Below, in pieces: positions 60,150-64,000 of a stretch of DNA of 64,000 nt. The DNA is from the human T2T-CHM13v2.0 reference genome, Homo sapiens, in NCBI RefSeq assembly GCF_009914755.1, contig NC_060929.1. The stretch is one strand, 5' to 3'. Made by a program: the position numbers and the translations under genes. Below the pieces are notes generated by a model. That model was not told the origin of the DNA. It saw only the letters and a list, made by a program, of their open reading frames with translations, and did no database searches. How positions within the stretch are numbered: position 1 is the first letter of the stretch; the number at the start of each line of letters is the position of its first letter.

Positions 60150-61137
60150 TTTCATCTCTCTTAGGTATATACCCAGGACTGAAATTGCTGTATCATAGCT
60201 TGGGTATATACAGCCAAACAGTTCCCAAAGGGACTGTATCAATTTATATTTCCACCACGAGAGCAGGAGAGTTCCAGTTACTCCACATGCTCGCCAACAT
60301 TTGGAATTTATTGTCAGTATGTAGTGGTATCTCATTGTGGATTTGTTGATGATGTTGGTAAAGTTTATTTGATTACATAAGTAAAATACTCCATGTGTTT
60401 TTGACTCTTTCCATTGGTTTAGATTAGGATTTGTCTTATGTTTTGTTACTGAAAAGTGTCCTGGGCATCCATATCCACATAATTATAGTACATTGACATC
60501 ACTCCTTTTGGAAAGCATGTGAGACTGAGTTTCTGCATCTGTTTCCTGATTAGCACTCTGGTTCCTTCAATGGGACGAGAGCATTGCCTTCAGAATGGTA
60601 AAATATTGCCTAGATCTTGTCAGTCCCAATTCTTGCAGCTGTATCTTCAGTTTCAATCTGAGTAAGTCACCTCAAACTCTCAGTGTGCCCTGGTTTCTGC
60701 ATCTTTGTTCCCTGTTTACTATGTCCTGGCTATTTCATTGTAATTTTGAATTAAATCCAATAAACTTGAATCAAATCTAAGTTTATTACAACCCTTCAGT
60801 TTCTTATTGCAGTTTTACTGTGCATCTCCTGAGAACTAATAATGTTAATCACTGTTTTGCCCTTTCGATATCCTGTCTTTTGAATTGATTATTCAGGTAT
60901 TTTCCCATTTTAAAAATTAAGTTGTAACTCTCTTTCTTATTGATTTTTAATATAATAGTTCTTTTATATTCTAGATGTCTTTTGTCAGATTTATGTGTTG
61001 CACATATATCACTCTGTGGCATGGCTTTTCACTCTAGTATCTTGTGATAGAAAGAAGCTCTGAAAGAACCTATACTTTTGGTTAGTACTTGTATCTTGTT
61101 TATGAAATCTTTGTTTACTCCTAAGTATAAAGATACT

Positions 61138-61422
61138 GGCCGGGCGCGGTGACTTACATCTGTAATCCCAGCACCTTGTGAGGCCGAGGTAGGCAAATCA
61201 CTTGAGGCCAGGAGTTTAAGACCAGCCTGGCCAACACGGCAAAACACTGTCTCTATAAAAAAATACAAAAATTAGCCAGGCGTGGTGGCAGGCACCTGAA
61301 TTCTAGCTCCTAGGGTGGCTGAGGCACTAGAATCGCTTGAACCCGGGAGGCAGAGGTTGCAGTGAGCTAAGATCACGCCACTGCACTCCAGCCTGGGTGA
61401 CAGAGTGAGACTCAGTCTCAAA
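61138..61422 (+). mobile_element. AluS with essentially no A-tail
   Basis: Full dimer; TSD aaagatact/aaagatatt. Confidence 0.93.
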
Positions 61423-61497
61423 GATATTGTCAAGAGATGTAAAGACATTCTTTTACATGATCAGTTAGCATATCTTTATTGTGTTAATTTTTATGTC

Positions 61498-61778
61498 TTT
61501 TTTTTTTACAGGGTCATGCTCTGTCACCCAGGCTGGAGTGCAGTTGTGCTCACTACAACCTCTGACTCCCAGGCTCTAGCAATTCTCCCACCTCAGCCTC
61601 CCTAGTAGCTGGGACTACAGGTGTGAGCCACCACCCCTAGTTAATTTTTAAATATTTTTTGTAAAGACAGGGTTTCATTGTGTGGCTCAGACTGGTCTCA
61701 AACTCTAGGCTCAAGCTATCAGCCCATCTCAGCTTCCCAAAGTGCTGGGATTACAGGCCTGAGCCACTGTGCCTGACC
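61498..61778 (-). mobile_element. AluJ
   Basis: Diverged dimer (ggctcaagctatc, ctagtagctgggactacagg). Confidence 0.9.
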
Positions 61779-64000
61779 AGTTTTTACATTTAATGCTTCT
61801 ACCCACCAGAAATTAGTTTTTCTGTATGGTATGATGTACAAGATATGGATATTGAATTGACCCCTGCAGCATGTATTGAAAGGATTATCTTTTCCTAGTT
61901 GCACTGCAGTGTAAACTTGGTCATAAATCAGGGGACTGTATATGCATATGGCTCCACGTTTGGATTTCCTATTTGTTCTCTTGAGTTGTCTCTCTCTGCA
62001 TGTACTGCTTTAACTTCTATAACTTCATACATCTTAGACATCTAGTTATAAAAGTCTTTGAATTGTGGTTTCTTTTCTTGAAGACTCTTGGATAATGTTT
62101 TATCTCAGTATTTCCATATAAAATTTAAATTAATATCTCAATTTCTATAAAAATCTTCTAGGATTTTGATTGGAATGAGAGTAAAATGATTAAGGGAAAC
62201 TGACATCTTTACAATGTTAAGTCTTTGAATTAATTAACATGGTAATTCCTTCCCTTTGTCTTTTTAAGTATATTTCAATAATACTTTTTAATTTTATAAT
62301 TTTCTTTGTGTCTTGCACATCTTTTGTTAGATTTGTTTCTAAGTATTTTATGCTTTTACTCTGTTGTAAATGGTACCATGTTAAAATCCTGATTCCTAAT
62401 TGTTGCTAATATGTAGAACTTGGTGAGGATTTTTATTGTAAGCTGGCTATGTATTCAGCAACTTTGCTAAGTTAGATATCAACTAAAATTCATCTTTACA
62501 TTCTTTTGAATTTTCTCCAGGAAATACTCATATGATCTGCAAATAATGGCAGTTACATTTTTTTCTCTTTCCAATCCTAATATCACTTTCTCTTGCTTTA
62601 TTGAGCTTGATAGGGCCTCCCATCTAATTTTGAATAAAAATGAGAGTAGTTGACACCTTGTTTCACTCCCAGTTTTAGGGGATGAGCCTTCAATAATTTA
62701 CTAAGTATGATATTTGCTATAAATTGTATGTCAATGCCCTCTACTTGGTTAAGGAAACTACATTCTATTCTTGGTTTGATGAGATTTTTAAAAAATCGTG
62801 AATGGGTATTGAATTTTGTCAAAGCATTTTTGGCAGTAACAAAATGAACATGTGGGTTTTCTCCCCTTTTTTTATTGATGCAATGAATTACATTGATTGC
62901 ATTACAATTCCTGGAATGTCTTATTTGTACTGGACCCTGTGACACACTAGTATTTTTCTTAAGGATTGAAGGACATTTCCACCAACTATAAACACTGCCT
63001 GCTGACAGGTCTTAGTCATCAACCTTCTCTAGAAATAGCTCTTGACTGAAGAGAACTGCTTAACCCAATGTCACTTACCCTTCTTGGGATCAATCTGCAT
63101 CCAGTGTGAATATACACATGCATGAAGATATGAAGAATAGACACCTATATGATATACTCACAAACATGCTATTTTATTCCTGTACATATTCAGTATCTTG
63201 TTTTATAGACTATTATAAGGTTATCATGTATCATCCTCTTGAATTGATATTTTTATCATTATGAAATATTTCTACCTCAAGAAATATTATTTTCCTTAAA
63301 TTTTATTCTATCACTAATAATAGTAGAGTAACACCAACTTTCCTTGACTTATCACTTGCATAGTGTATGTATTTCTATTTTTTTATTTTCAATTTTTCTG
63401 CCACTTTATATTTAATGGTCCTCTCTTACAAGCAGCATATATTTGTATTTTGTTTTGATGCAGTCTGACAACTTTGTCTTTTAGCATCTATTCTTTAAAT
63501 AATTTAATATTTACTAAAATTGCAAATTGATTTACATTTGTCTATAATCTTACTGTTATCTATTAATCTTTTCTGTTTCTTGGTTCCTTGTTTCCATATT
63601 TATTGCTTATTTTCAGAATAATACCTGTTTGTATTAACACATTACCTCTCTCCCTATTAGCTTATTGGATATATATTCTTTTATTATCTTTATTTTAGGG
63701 GCTACAACTCATTACAGTCTTTTTCATACATTTGCCATTTCCTTGGCAATGCAAAGATCCCAAACAGCCCATGCCCCACGCCTGCCTTTTATGCTATTGT
63801 TTTCATGCATTTTAATCCTACATATATTTGAAAACCCACAAGACATTAATATTATTGTTATTTTAATAGTCAATGTTCTCTTACACTATCCACATATTTA
63901 TCATTTCCAGTGCTCTGCACTCTGTCCTGCATTATGGTGTTTCAATCTGGGATTATTTTCTTTTTGACTGAAAAATTCCCATAAAAGTCACAATACAAAA

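Larger units (their letters stand above)
59660..63600 (-). mobile_element. Old L1M fragments (minus), interrupted by Alus and (TG)n
   Basis: ORF 62598-62945 resembles L1 ORF2 RT (INVIHCINK...PLKLGVKQG); ORF 60084-60335 resembles the ORF2 C-terminus. Confidence 0.75.

Overview
Mammalian (almost certainly human) genomic DNA containing the 3' part of the serotonin receptor gene HTR4 on the minus strand. A 569-nt constitutive exon (58511-57943, I170 to R359, ECL2 through TM5-TM7 and the proximal C-tail) ends in a phase-2 donor. That donor can join several alternative C-terminal exons visible here: i (32866-32747), b (31784-31694), c (30120-29961), d (25236-25230) and g/e/f (14416-14341), or be read through to give n. 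The a exon was not found and probably lies just left of the window. The rest is intron rich in Alu, L1, L2, L3/CR1, MIR, MaLR LTR and DNA-transposon fossils. No prokaryotic-type system, CRISPR array or RNA gene is supported. Most interesting signals: exon d appears built entirely from an L2 3' end, and exon i from an L3/CR1 reverse-transcriptase fossil; the genomic c tail differs from the classically cited one and carries PKRKRKKK; a strand-asymmetric 22-bp hairpin abuts an 83-bp duplicated motif; a CTCF motif lies in the b 3'UTR; an Alu+L1+3'-transduction composite sits inside one TSD; and there are several candidate unannotated exons. Repeat names and isoform letters come from recalled consensus and protein sequences, not from a search; repeat boundaries are approximate.
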